The notes: a model not told the origin generated them from the letters alone. Shown: positions 8,560-18,853, counted from the first letter of the stretch. The stretch is DNA of 64,000 nt from Thermodesulfobacteriota bacterium (GCA_965198945.1 CBDAQI010000011.1:41881-105880), one strand, 5' to 3'. Program-made: numbers and translations.

Positions 8560-9045
8560 AAGTCTTTTTGACAAGCAACCGGATTTTATTTATATTAACG
8601 GCCCTGCCGGAAAAATTTATTCAACTAATTATTCAATTAATTAAAAAATTTCCGAAAATATTTTCCCCGTTTTTTCTTCGCCTCCGCCCGTTTTTTCTTT
8701 GACAAATGGCGAAACGGCATTTATCTTAAACGTCCCGCCAAAAATAATTAGTCTCTGAACTCTCAAAACCGGTCTGCGGAAAAGCCATAAAACTTTTTCC
8801 TCAAATAAAATCAGGGTTTTTTCCGCTTTGGTTTCAAATTTTTCCGCCGATTAACTTATTTCCTTTTGACAAATCGGAAGATTGCATTTATTTTAACGGT
8901 CCCACCGGAAAAACCGGCCCCGAAAAACCCCTGATAAAACAAGCGATTTTTGCCGGAATTACTTTCCTGTTTTTCTGAAAAATTCCCGATTTTTTTCTTT
9001 GACAAGGTTTGAGGCTGTGTTTAGAATCGCCCCCCGTGAAAATGA
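8560..9045 (+). promoter_or_regulatory. array of four tandem sigma70-type promoter units
   Basis: TTGACA at 8568, 8699, 8866, 8999, each followed after exactly 17 nt by TATATT, TATCTT, TATTTT, TAGAAT; shared upstream T-tract and downstream C-rich/A-rich motif. Confidence 0.75.
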
Positions 9046-9090
9046 TTTCCGGAAAAATCAATTCAAAAAAAATATGAGGTGATTTCTTAA

Positions 9091-9432
<342 letters not shown>

Positions 9433-9460
9433 AATAAAAAACTTAAAGGAGAATTTTAAT

Positions 9461-10807
9461 ATGAACAAAAATCACGATTTGATGAAAAATATCAAAATGG
9501 CGGTGAAAAAGGCGCCGAAAACTTTTTTGTTTTCTCTTGTAATTTTTGTCGCCGCGGCCGTTAACACATATGCCGCCCCGGAAACCACGCCGGAAATGTT
9601 TACGGTTAACAACCTCTGGCTGCTTCTGGCCACAATTCTGGTCTTTATAATGCACCTTGGTTTTGCGGCTCTTGAAAGCGGCCTGACGAGATCAAAAAAC
9701 ACCGTCAACATACTTTTCAAAAATGTTTCGGTAATTACGATAGGTATCCTCACTTACGCTTTTTGCGGATTCAATCTTATGTATCCGGGCTTTGCCGAAG
9801 GCGCTTCGGGCTTCTTAGGGTTTGCCGGATTTGGAATTTCCTCTCCCGACGGGGCGGCGGGTCTGATTGGATACGCGGACGGCAGTTATACTTATTTTGC
9901 GGACTTTATTTTTCAGGCCATGTTTGCCGCCACCGCAGCCACAATAGTTTCGGGAGCTGTTGCGGAAAGAATTAAACTGGGGAGTTTTCTTGTTTTTGCG
10001 GTTATTTATGTGGCTTTTGTATACCCGGTCGCAGGTTCATGGAAATGGGGCGGCGGATGGCTTGACGCAATGGGTTTTTACGATTTTGCGGGTTCCACCA
10101 TCGTCCACAGTGTCGGAGGATGGGGGGCACTTGTCGGCGCCTTAATGCTCGGGGCGAGGGTAGGAAAATATGTGGACGGAAAAGTCAGGGCTCTTCCCGG
10201 ACACAGCCTGCCGCTTGCCACAATCGGGGTTTTTCTGCTCTGGTTCGGATGGTACGGGTTTAACGGCGGTTCGGTTCTTTCTGCTGATCCGGGTCTTGTT
10301 TCTCTTGTGTTTGTAACAACTTCACTCGCCGCGGCGGCGGGGGTTGTCGGAGCGATGGGCACAGCCTGGATCATAAACAAAAAACCCGACCTTTCAATGA
10401 TACTTAACGGCTCTCTCGCGGGCCTTGTGGGAATCACGGCCGGAGCCGATGTGATAAGTCCCGGAAACTCTTTTGTGGTGGGTTTAATTGCGGGAATTCT
10501 CGTTGTTCTGTCGGTAATTTTTATGGACAGAATCAAAATAGACGACCCGGTCGGGGCAATTTCGGTTCACTTGACATGCGGAATCTGGGGAACTCTTGCC
10601 GTGGGAATTTTCAGCACAAACCCGGAACATACTTTCTTCAAGCAGATGGCGGGTGTGGTCGCATACGGGGTTTTCTGCACCGTCTTTGCGATACTGATTT
10701 TCTTCGCCGTCAAAACGGTAATGGGTCTGCGGGTTTCCAGAGAGGAAGAAATTACCGGACTTGATTTGGGTGAACATGGAATGGAAGCATATGATATTCA
10801 GAAATAA
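9461..10807 (+). CDS. amtB: ammonium transporter
   Basis: FQAMFAATAATIVSGAVAER, DFAGSTIVH, LWFGWYGFNGGS, IDDPVGAISVH, GLDLGEHG. Confidence 0.96.
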   Translation: MNKNHDLMKNIKMAVKKAPKTFLFSLVIFVAAAVNTYAAPETTPEMFTVNNLWLLLATILVFIMHLGFAALESGLTRSKNTVNILFKNVSVITIGILTYAFCGFNLMYPGFAEGASGFLGFAGFGISSPDGAAGLIGYADGSYTYFADFIFQAMFAATAATIVSGAVAERIKLGSFLVFAVIYVAFVYPVAGSWKWGGGWLDAMGFYDFAGSTIVHSVGGWGALVGALMLGARVGKYVDGKVRALPGHSLPLATIGVFLLWFGWYGFNGGSVLSADPGLVSLVFVTTSLAAAAGVVGAMGTAWIINKKPDLSMILNGSLAGLVGITAGADVISPGNSFVVGLIAGILVVLSVIFMDRIKIDDPVGAISVHLTCGIWGTLAVGIFSTNPEHTFFKQMAGVVAYGVFCTVFAILIFFAVKTVMGLRVSREEEITGLDLGEHGMEAYDIQK

Positions 10808-10820
10808 TTTTAACTGAGTA

Positions 10821-10845
10821 TTAATTTCCCCGCCCGGGGAATTAA
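10821..10845 (+). terminator. hairpin between amtB and the porin gene (weak terminator or mRNA stabiliser)
   Basis: TTAATTTCCCC-gccc-GGGGAATTAA. Confidence 0.5.
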
Positions 10846-10880
10846 AAAATAAGGGAATTACAAATAGGAGGTAATTAATT

Positions 10881-12239
10881 ATGAGAAAATTTCTCAACGG
10901 GCTTTTAATTGTTTTGAGTTTGCTGGTTGTTCCGCAGCTCGGCGCGCCGGCCGCAAAGGCGGATGTTCCAATGACTCAGTTTGTGGAGGGCGTTAATATT
11001 GGAGTGTCGCTTGACACCACATACCAGTATGTCTTCAATTGCGATAAGGAGAAGGTTTCGGAATGTCCGGCCGAAAGGGGTCTTTATGCCGAACACAACG
11101 ACTTCTCAATAGACGCCTTCACACTCTCTCTTGAAAAAGAGGCAGATGGCGCCGGCGTATCTCCGATGGAGAAGATCGGTTTCAGGGCGGACATTCTTTT
11201 CGGAGAGCAGGCTGAGTATCTCGGTTTCGGGTTCAACTCTGACGGAGACGGTTCGGTCAGCCCCTATCAGGCATATGTAAGCGTTGCTCCTTCGGAGAAT
11301 TTCGGTATCATCGCGGGGCAGTTCACAACGCTTGCGGGCTGGGAGCTTATAGAAGCCAAGAACAACACCAACATCACCAGAGGTCTTCTGTTCTACAGAA
11401 TCCCGTTTGCCCACTCGGGAGTCCGCGCTTCATATAATGCGGGGGCGTTTGACCTGACCTTCGGCATAAGCAATGACTGGGACGCGGTTGACGATGTGAA
11501 TGACGGAAAGACTTTTGAGTTTCAAGCGGCTTATTCGCATTCGTCGGAAACCGGGTTTATAAACGATCTGTGGGCCGGAGCAACCGTTTATGTGGGCAAG
11601 AGTGAATTTCTGGAGAATCGTTTTTTGGAAACCAGTGTGTTTGATGCGGAGGGGGACGGCGGTAATGCTATTGTGGAAAACAGGAAACCGGTTGTTAAAG
11701 AGAACGATGTGGCGGTGGAAGAGATTTTCAGGACGGGCGCTGATGTTGCAATACCCCATAAAAACAACACGCGTACTCTCTTAACGCTTGTTACAAGCGT
11801 TACGTCCGGGAAATTCACATTTGTAGGAGATGCGGAGTTTACATGGGTGCAAGACGGAGTTGCAAAGGGGGTATACACAAAGTTTGACAGCGACAATCCG
11901 CGGACGACGACCGTTGAGACTTCGTTACTGACCGGATTGAAATACGAGAACTTCTTCCGCTGGGGAGTCGGAGGATACGCAATTTATCAGCCGAACTCCG
12001 ATATGACCCTTTCCCTCAGGGCGGAATACGTTGATGACTCCGATACGACGAATGCGGTGAAACTTTTTGAAATAACGCCGACCGTGGGATGGAAGCCTTT
12101 TGGCGAAACCGAAATGGGAACTCTGGAAACCCGTTTTGAATACCGTATGGACAGAGCCGATATCAAATACTTTCGGAGCGACAGCGGCCTGAAGAAAACA
12201 CAGCACGCGCTGATTTTTCAGCTTCTGTATTTCATATAG
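10881..12239 (+). CDS. outer-membrane beta-barrel porin-like protein
   Basis: Signal peptide (…APAAKA|D); GFRADILFGE, YQAYV, GQFTTLAGWELIE, PFAHSGVR, RFEYRMD; aromatic C-terminus. Confidence 0.8.
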   Translation: MRKFLNGLLIVLSLLVVPQLGAPAAKADVPMTQFVEGVNIGVSLDTTYQYVFNCDKEKVSECPAERGLYAEHNDFSIDAFTLSLEKEADGAGVSPMEKIGFRADILFGEQAEYLGFGFNSDGDGSVSPYQAYVSVAPSENFGIIAGQFTTLAGWELIEAKNNTNITRGLLFYRIPFAHSGVRASYNAGAFDLTFGISNDWDAVDDVNDGKTFEFQAAYSHSSETGFINDLWAGATVYVGKSEFLENRFLETSVFDAEGDGGNAIVENRKPVVKENDVAVEEIFRTGADVAIPHKNNTRTLLTLVTSVTSGKFTFVGDAEFTWVQDGVAKGVYTKFDSDNPRTTTVETSLLTGLKYENFFRWGVGGYAIYQPNSDMTLSLRAEYVDDSDTTNAVKLFEITPTVGWKPFGETEMGTLETRFEYRMDRADIKYFRSDSGLKKTQHALIFQLLYFI

Positions 12240-12280
12240 AGACGGTCTGATTTACAAAACGGCTCGCGCCTGACTTTCAG

Positions 12281-12319
12281 GAAAAAGCCGACCCCGATTT
12301 ATTTGCGGTCGGCTTTTTC
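12281..12319 (+). terminator. intrinsic terminator of the glnK-amtB-porin unit
   Basis: GAAAAAGCCGACC…GGTCGGCTTTTTC. Confidence 0.8.
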
Positions 12320-12341
12320 TATTGTAAAATGAAACTTTCGC

Positions 12342-12414
<73 letters not shown>

Positions 12415-12430
12415 GTTTTCCCTTAAAGTG

Positions 12431-12460
12431 TTGACAATAGCAGTCAATGTTGGGTAGATT
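12431..12460 (+). promoter_or_regulatory. promoter with an inverted-repeat operator overlapping -35
   Basis: TTGACA-N18-TAGATT; TTGAC-N7-GTCAA palindrome at 12431-12447. Confidence 0.55.
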
Positions 12461-12506
12461 TGGAAAGTTAAGTTATTTTATTTAACAAAATTTGAGTGTT
12501 TTTGTT

Positions 12507-12920
12507 ATGACTTTTGGAGACTATCTGAGAGCAAAGCGCAAGCAGAGAGGCATAACCCAGGGCGCGCTCGCGCACTACCTGGATGTTTCAAAGGTGTATA
12601 TACACCAGCTTGAGACCGGCAAGGCCGACTCGCCTTCACGCGAAAGGTGCCACCAGATTGCGCAGTATCTGCGTGTAAGCGTTGAGGAAATATGGAATCT
12701 CTCCAGGCGTGAAAAGCTGCACAAGTTTATTGAAAAAGAGCTTATTGGTGAGAAAGATCTTGAGATACTCACCGATGAGGAGAGATATCTTGTCAAGTTA
12801 TACAGGGTTCTTGATGACGAGGTAAAAAAGGACTTCAATGGGATGGTCTTTATGTTGTTCAAGCATTATGAGAACTCTGAGGCTAAAAAGATACTTGAAG
12901 AATTTCTTAAATGCGCCTGA
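12507..12920 (+). CDS. XRE-family HTH transcriptional regulator
   Basis: FGDYLRAKRKQRGITQGALA…VSKVYIHQLETGK…PS. Confidence 0.9.
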   Translation: MTFGDYLRAKRKQRGITQGALAHYLDVSKVYIHQLETGKADSPSRERCHQIAQYLRVSVEEIWNLSRREKLHKFIEKELIGEKDLEILTDEERYLVKLYRVLDDEVKKDFNGMVFMLFKHYENSEAKKILEEFLKCA

Positions 12921-13693
12921 TTATAAGTTTTATTGACAGACTAAATCTTTTCTTCAAAATTCTCTTCATAGAAGCCGCCATTTTTTTCCTTATCGGCGCA
13001 GTTTTCTACAGCCAGTTCAGTAGCGCCAAATCCGATGTTATAAGCAAGACCGTTGCGGCTTCGGAGTTAATTGGCGATGAGGCGGCGGAGTTTGCCGTCC
13101 ACCACCCGAACCCGACAAGTGAAGAATTCTACAATTTTCTCAGAAACAAGCACGGGGCCGCCGGAGTTTTCAAAACATTCAATGTTGTTCCCTCTTCATT
13201 CGGGGTCGTATTCACAAAAGAAGCCTGGGAGGCAAGGCAGGCAAGAAGCATGTATTCCGACAGAGGCTACGGCGTCAGTGACAAGGGCGGGTTTTTCTCC
13301 GTTTCCGTTCCGTTTCTGGTGGGTGTGGATGGGAACCCATACGGAGTTGTTACGATCAACTCGTCAAAAACACTTATTATGAAACAGGTCTTGAAAGACC
13401 ACCTTCTTTTGTATCTGGCGCTTTTTGTTGTTTTGAACAACCAGGTCTTTATTTTGCATTACTTCGCCACAAGGAAACAGAAAAACATAATAGACAAGCA
13501 CTATGCCAGGCCATACCTTAAGGTGCATTCCATCGGAGCGCTGAAGGTTATGCGTAAAATACTTGAGGAGATCATTGAAGATCACCCCGGAGAACCGGCA
13601 AAGAAAGAGACGGCACATTCTCCGGAAGACGAAAAAAAAGCCGGATCAAAAAAAATAATTCCCCTTTCCCAATTCCTTTCGAGAAAAAACTGA
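12911..13693 (+). CDS. hypothetical membrane protein (2 TM around an extracytoplasmic domain)
   Basis: Hydrophobic segments near aa 12-35 and 165-185; overlaps the XRE stop. Confidence 0.65.
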   Translation: MRLIISFIDRLNLFFKILFIEAAIFFLIGAVFYSQFSSAKSDVISKTVAASELIGDEAAEFAVHHPNPTSEEFYNFLRNKHGAAGVFKTFNVVPSSFGVVFTKEAWEARQARSMYSDRGYGVSDKGGFFSVSVPFLVGVDGNPYGVVTINSSKTLIMKQVLKDHLLLYLALFVVLNNQVFILHYFATRKQKNIIDKHYARPYLKVHSIGALKVMRKILEEIIEDHPGEPAKKETAHSPEDEKKAGSKKIIPLSQFLSRKN

Positions 13694-13697
13694 ACAA

Positions 13698-14762
13698 ATG
13701 AATCTCTCCCGATTCATGGGAGTTGAGGGCCGTATCAGCGGATTGTTAAAGCCCGCCGCACCCGCGGTTGGAGTTGATATAGGCTCGCATTCAATCAAGA
13801 TTGTTGTTTTGAAAAAAGCCTCCGGAGCCGAGGCGGATTTCTCCGCGACCGCCGGAGAGTTTTTTCTTGATTCCGGTCTGCCTGATTCTGTTGCTTCCGG
13901 TCTGTTGTTTTTGCGGGATGATTTCGGACTGAGTGGCAGAAAAGCGGCCGTTGCGGTTTCCGGCGGTTCGGTTTTTACAACCCCTTTGAAAGTTCCCGCC
14001 TCATGCGCGGGCTGTCCAAAAATGACGGAAGAGGCGGTTTGCTCTCATTTAAGCAAATTCTTCCCCGGTGGCATGGAAGCCTACGGCTGCGGTTTTTATC
14101 AGTATCCGGAAAGTCCGGAAGATATTGTCGCTGCGGTTGTGAAAAAAGAAGCCGTTTCCGAACGTGCGACCGCTCTTTCAGAATCGGGTATTATTCCCGC
14201 CGTTATTGACTATGAAGGATTTGCCGTTATTAACGCATACAACCACTCTTTTGAACGGGGTCCGGTCTGCGGCGATTCGGACGGTCTGACGGTTTTGCTC
14301 AATATCGGGCATTCGTTAATCAATTTCTCAGTTCTTGAAGACTCAAAAACCGTTTTTACAAGAGACATTTTCTACGGTTCCGGCAAACTGACTTCCGAAA
14401 TTGCTCTTCTGTGCAATATGAAAGCGGATGAAGCGGAATCCGCAAAAACCTCTCTTTGCGAAACTGACGACACGGGACTTCTGGATGCCGCACGGAATTT
14501 CTCTCTAGAGGCGGCTCGGGAAGTGAGGTGCAATCTTGAGATGTTTGCCGATTTGGAAAATAAAAAAGTTGCAAAAGTGGTTCTTTCGGGCGGAGGCTCG
14601 CTTCTTCACGGTTTAAGTGACACTTTTTCCGAAATTCTCGGAGCGGATGTTGAATATGCGGATCCTCTAAAAGGTTTTTCCGCCGGGGATGAAGGCTATT
14701 TAAGCGGATTGTCACCGAAAACCGCCGTTGCGTTTGGTCTCGCGCTCAGAATGACGGATTGA
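13698..14762 (+). CDS. pilM: type IV pilus assembly protein PilM (actin/FtsA-like)
   Basis: VGVDIGSHSIK, LLNIGH, VVLSGGGSLL, VEYADP, AVAFGLALR. Confidence 0.85.
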   Translation: MNLSRFMGVEGRISGLLKPAAPAVGVDIGSHSIKIVVLKKASGAEADFSATAGEFFLDSGLPDSVASGLLFLRDDFGLSGRKAAVAVSGGSVFTTPLKVPASCAGCPKMTEEAVCSHLSKFFPGGMEAYGCGFYQYPESPEDIVAAVVKKEAVSERATALSESGIIPAVIDYEGFAVINAYNHSFERGPVCGDSDGLTVLLNIGHSLINFSVLEDSKTVFTRDIFYGSGKLTSEIALLCNMKADEAESAKTSLCETDDTGLLDAARNFSLEAAREVRCNLEMFADLENKKVAKVVLSGGGSLLHGLSDTFSEILGADVEYADPLKGFSAGDEGYLSGLSPKTAVAFGLALRMTD

Positions 14763-14769
14763 GTGTGAA

Positions 14770-15180
14770 GTGATAAAAATTAACTTTAATAAAAGAAAGA
14801 TACGCAAAAGACGCCGGATGGCCTTTGCCATTGGTTGCGTCGCGCTTGCGGCCACTCCCTTTGCATATTTGAAAAGAGTGGAAATTACGGGAGCCGTGCC
14901 CGCGCTCGGAAATCAAAAAAGTGTTGTCCGCAGCCGGACCTCTTCTCCGGAAAAATCCTCCGTGTCATACAAAAGAAAAACCCCCGCGGGAAAAAATTTC
15001 AGAGTGGCGGGTTTTGTCAGGTTCGGCGACAGAGACTTTGCAATGCTCATTTCCAAAGGCCGTACCCTATGGGTGGAGGAGGGGCATAGCGCGTTCGGAT
15101 TCAAGATAGCAAAAATAGAGGAGGAGGGGGTTTTCACTGAAAGTGGTCCGGAGACGGATAAAAAGATTTTTTCCCGTTGA
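14770..15180 (+). CDS. PilN-like N-terminus/TM joined to a PilP-like beta domain
   Basis: MIKINF + basic stretch + TM; C-terminal FRVAGFV…AMLISKGRTLWVEEG…FKIAKIEEEGV; sits between pilM and pilQ. Confidence 0.55.
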   Translation: MIKINFNKRKIRKRRRMAFAIGCVALAATPFAYLKRVEITGAVPALGNQKSVVRSRTSSPEKSSVSYKRKTPAGKNFRVAGFVRFGDRDFAMLISKGRTLWVEEGHSAFGFKIAKIEEEGVFTESGPETDKKIFSR

Positions 15181-15184
15181 AAAA

Positions 15185-16577
15185 ATGAGAAGAATAAAAG
15201 TTTTATTTCCGTTTTTTTTGTTTCTTCTGCACGGTTTTTATGTTTTCCGGGCCAGCGCCTGCCAAAGACGGTCCCGTTTATGAAAAAGGGGCTCCCTGGG
15301 CTTTTGACTTCCGTAATTTATCTTTCGGCCCGGACGAGCCCGTCTACAGAGGCGAGAAGGGAACCTTCATATACAGGGGGGCAAATGTCCGCGAGGTCAT
15401 AAGACAGATAGCAAAAATCGGCGGTTTCAACATTATCATCACCGGGGATGTGAGCGGAACGGTTGACATGAAACTCAGAGACGTTCCCTGGGATCAGGCG
15501 CTCTCCGTTGTGCTTGCCGAGAGCGGGCTCGGCGCTTTTGTGGAAGGCAGTATAGTTAAAATTTCATCCCTTGAGAGCATAGGAAAAAGGCGCAGGGAAA
15601 AATCGGACACGGCTTCGCTTGTTGAGAAAACCGAGAAGCTTGTTTCCAGGCAGTTTTTCGTAAACTACGCTGCGGCGCGCGACATGGCGGCCGGAGTCAA
15701 ACCTCTTCTGACAAAGAGGGGTAGGTTTGCCGTTGATGAAAGAACAAACAGCCTGACAATTCTTGAGACGCCGCTCAATATGGCGAGAATCTCCGAAATC
15801 ATAGAATCGCTTGACAAACCCACTCCGAAAATACTTATTGAGTCAAGAATAGTTCAGGCGGGCACTGATTTTTCGCGTGAACTCGGAATTCAGTGGGGAG
15901 TTCATTACACAAGCAAAAAAACCGGGGCGCGTTTCCCTTCAAACATACAGATTGGAGGGACAAGAATAACAACCCCCTTCGGCAGCGTCGGCGACGGTTT
16001 TATAGTTGATATGCCGGCTTCGGCGGGTTTCGGAAGCGGCGGAACCCTTGGGGTTGTTCTCGGAAATCTTGCCGGAACTTTTGACCTTGATGTGCGGCTT
16101 TCCGCGCTTGAAGACAAGGGAAAGGTGAAAATACTTTCCTCGCCCAAGATCATAACGGTTGACAACTCGGTTGCGAGAATAGAACAGGGAATCTCAATTC
16201 CTTTTTCAACCGTGTCGGAGCAGGGCACGCAAACGGAATTTGCGGATGCGACTTTGAACCTTGAGGTCAGACCCAAAATCACAAACGACGGCAATATATT
16301 CATGTATATTTATATTACTGACAACTCACCGGACGCCACTTTTTCGGTCGGCTCCCGGCCTTCAATCAGAAGAAACGAAGCGAAAACCAGGGTTCTCGCG
16401 GAAGACGGAGAGACTATAGTCCTTGGCGGAATAGTTACCACAACGGCAAGCAAAATCAGCACTAGAGTGCCTTTTCTTTCTTCAATTCCGCTTCTCGGCG
16501 CCGCTTTCAGGAGCTCAAAAAGGCAAACCGTGGAAAGAGAGCTTATTCTTTTTATAACGCCGCGGATAATTCTTTAG
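15185..16577 (+). CDS. pilQ: type IV pilus secretin PilQ (short form); signal peptide out of frame at a T8 tract
   Basis: LRDVPWDQAL, VDERTNSL, ILIESRIV, ELGIQWG, LSSPKI, GETIVLGG, VPFLSSIPLLG, ELILFITPRI; deleting one T at 15212-15219 restores MRRIKVLFPFFCFFCTVFMFSGPAPA. Confidence 0.88.
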
Positions 16578-16585
16578 AGAAAATT

Positions 16586-16984
16586 TTATGAGTCCGGACG
16601 GTCTTCCGAAGACGGCAGAAAACCCGTAATCAAAGCCACGGCGGCCGCCAGCCCGCCGACTCCGCCGATAATTTTGAAATACAGCTCCCAGTTTATGTGT
16701 GTGTTCAATGATATGCCGTATCCAACTACGAAAAAAATAAAGGCGACTACGGCTATGCTTCCGGGGATATTTCTTCTTAGCATTGTTTTTGAGACCTCCG
16801 AGCTGTTGTCCCGCAATTTATACAAACTGATTTTTATTTCAAGGGATTCCCAATACGCTTATTCCGTGTAGAATAAAAGACGAATGCAAATTTTCTCAGA
16901 TCCGTTCGGCATCTCAATTTTTCCAAGTCGTTCCTTAAGCAGCTTTCCGGTTTTTATCGCCCGTCTTTTTCTTCTTGAGGCCAT
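16586..16984 (-). pseudogene. small membrane protein gene interrupted by an in-frame TAA
   Basis: ATG 16984 (MASRRKRR…FYTE), TAA at 16861-16859, same frame continues into the 2-TM ORF ending at 16586. Confidence 0.5.
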
Positions 16985-17107
16985 AGGGGTTTGTGCGCAG
17001 GGCGGGCGGGTTTCGGGGATTGCCGGCGGAGACGCCAAAATCTCCGCTCCCGGAAGTCTTTTGTCCGGGAGAAAGGGGTATCCCGGAATTTCCCCGCGGC
17101 GGATAAT

Positions 17108-18853
17108 ATGGCGGTGAAACGCACAAGACACCGTCCGGCGCCGGTCTCCGTGCGTGCGCCGAAAAAATCTCCCGGAAAAAAGCCTGCGGAACTCCCGGAA
17201 CTTTTTCTCGCAAAAGCAGTAGCTTCGCCCGAAGGCATGGTTCTGGTTCCCAGAAGCCGTGATTTTTCATCTGTTGTCGTTGAAAAATCATCACAGAAAC
17301 TCAGAAACGGTTTTCTTATTCTGGTCAGAAATGTCGGCAAACGGAAACAATACGGTAAAGAGCTTGTTCCCGTTGTGAAAGTGGAAAAAATCATAGGCAG
17401 AGCGGGGGAGTTTGAAGCCGAAAAAAAAGCCGTTGAATACAAGTATTCACTTCCCGGAGATTTTCCGGCCGCCGTTTTGAATAATGCTGAAGAGGTTTGC
17501 CGGGTGCGTCCTTCGCAGGCGGCGTCCGGCAGGGTTGATTTAAGAAAAAAGACCATATTCACAATAGACGGTGATGACGCCAAAGACTATGACGACGCCG
17601 TCGGCATAAGAAAAAACGGTTCGGGGTTCACTTTGTGGGTTTGTATCGCCGATGTTTCACACTATGTCAAAAAAGGCGATCCTCTTGACAAAGAAGCGCT
17701 TCGGCGCGGCACAAGCGTTTATCTTGAGAATCGCGTCATACCGATGCTTCCCGAGACACTTTCAAACGATCTTTGCAGTCTTGTGCCCAATAAAGACCGT
17801 CTGACAAAAACCGTTGAGATGGAATTTTCCCGCAACGGCGTTCTTGGAGATTTTCACATTTATAACAGTGTAATAAAAAGTTCCGCGCGCCTCACCTATT
17901 CGCGTGTTACGGAATTTCTTAATCGGGGCAAGGCCGGAGACCTCCCGCCTGATATCAGAAACAGTCTCAAGATGATGAAAGACCTTTACATCAAAATGAA
18001 AAAACTCAGCCTTGAAAACGGAGAGCTTGATTTTGAACTGCCGGAGCCGGAAATAATCAGAGGCGCGGACGGCAGTGTGAGTGAGGTGCGCAATGCGGAG
18101 AGGGGCGTTGCCAACATGATTATTGAGCAGTTTATGATAGCCGCCAACAGAGCGGTCGGCTCGCGTCTTTTTGAGAGCGACGGATGCGGGGTTTACAGAA
18201 TCCATGAACCTCCGACGGAGACTTCCGTTTCCGAACTTTTTTCAGAACTCCGCAGGCTCGGATACAAGGCTCATTTGCCCGAAAACGGCGAGGTCGGCAA
18301 ATCAATTCAAAAACTGCTTTACGATTTCAGAGGCAGAAAACAGGAAAGCGCGGTCAAGATGCTGACGCTGAAATCCCTGCAGAGGGCGGTTTATTCAACG
18401 CGCGAAATCGGCCATTTCGGACTTGGTATTGAGAGATATTCGCATTTTACTTCTCCCATCAGAAGGTATCCGGATCTTATTGCTCACAGGATGGTTGAAT
18501 GTCTGGTAAACTGCGGGAAAACCGGTTTTTCACGCGATGCTCTTGAGGGTATATGTGAAAAGACTTCGGTTCTTGAGAGAAACGCGGAGAGGGCGGAGAG
18601 GGAGATAGTCGGGCTTGAGACCGCAAACTTTATGAAAACTCTCAAGGGCAGGGTTTTCACGGGAAAAGTTATCAGCATTCTGCCTTTCGGGATGTTTCTT
18701 GAGTTGGGTGAAATTTGCGCCGAGGGTTTTGTTCCGCGTGAGATGATGAAAAGGGGCGGTCGGAGAAAATGGTTCAATTTGGGTGATGAGGTGAATTTAA
18801 GGGTTGTGGGCGCTGATTTGGAAAAGAGAAGAACTATTATGGAGCCCGTATAA
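17108..18853 (+). CDS. rnr: ribonuclease R (RNB family)
   Basis: FTIDGDDAKDYDDAV, RGTSVY, IEQFMIAAN, HFGLG…YSHFTSPIRRYPDL, C-terminal S1. Confidence 0.88.
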   Translation: MAVKRTRHRPAPVSVRAPKKSPGKKPAELPELFLAKAVASPEGMVLVPRSRDFSSVVVEKSSQKLRNGFLILVRNVGKRKQYGKELVPVVKVEKIIGRAGEFEAEKKAVEYKYSLPGDFPAAVLNNAEEVCRVRPSQAASGRVDLRKKTIFTIDGDDAKDYDDAVGIRKNGSGFTLWVCIADVSHYVKKGDPLDKEALRRGTSVYLENRVIPMLPETLSNDLCSLVPNKDRLTKTVEMEFSRNGVLGDFHIYNSVIKSSARLTYSRVTEFLNRGKAGDLPPDIRNSLKMMKDLYIKMKKLSLENGELDFELPEPEIIRGADGSVSEVRNAERGVANMIIEQFMIAANRAVGSRLFESDGCGVYRIHEPPTETSVSELFSELRRLGYKAHLPENGEVGKSIQKLLYDFRGRKQESAVKMLTLKSLQRAVYSTREIGHFGLGIERYSHFTSPIRRYPDLIAHRMVECLVNCGKTGFSRDALEGICEKTSVLERNAERAEREIVGLETANFMKTLKGRVFTGKVISILPFGMFLELGEICAEGFVPREMMKRGGRRKWFNLGDEVNLRVVGADLEKRRTIMEPV

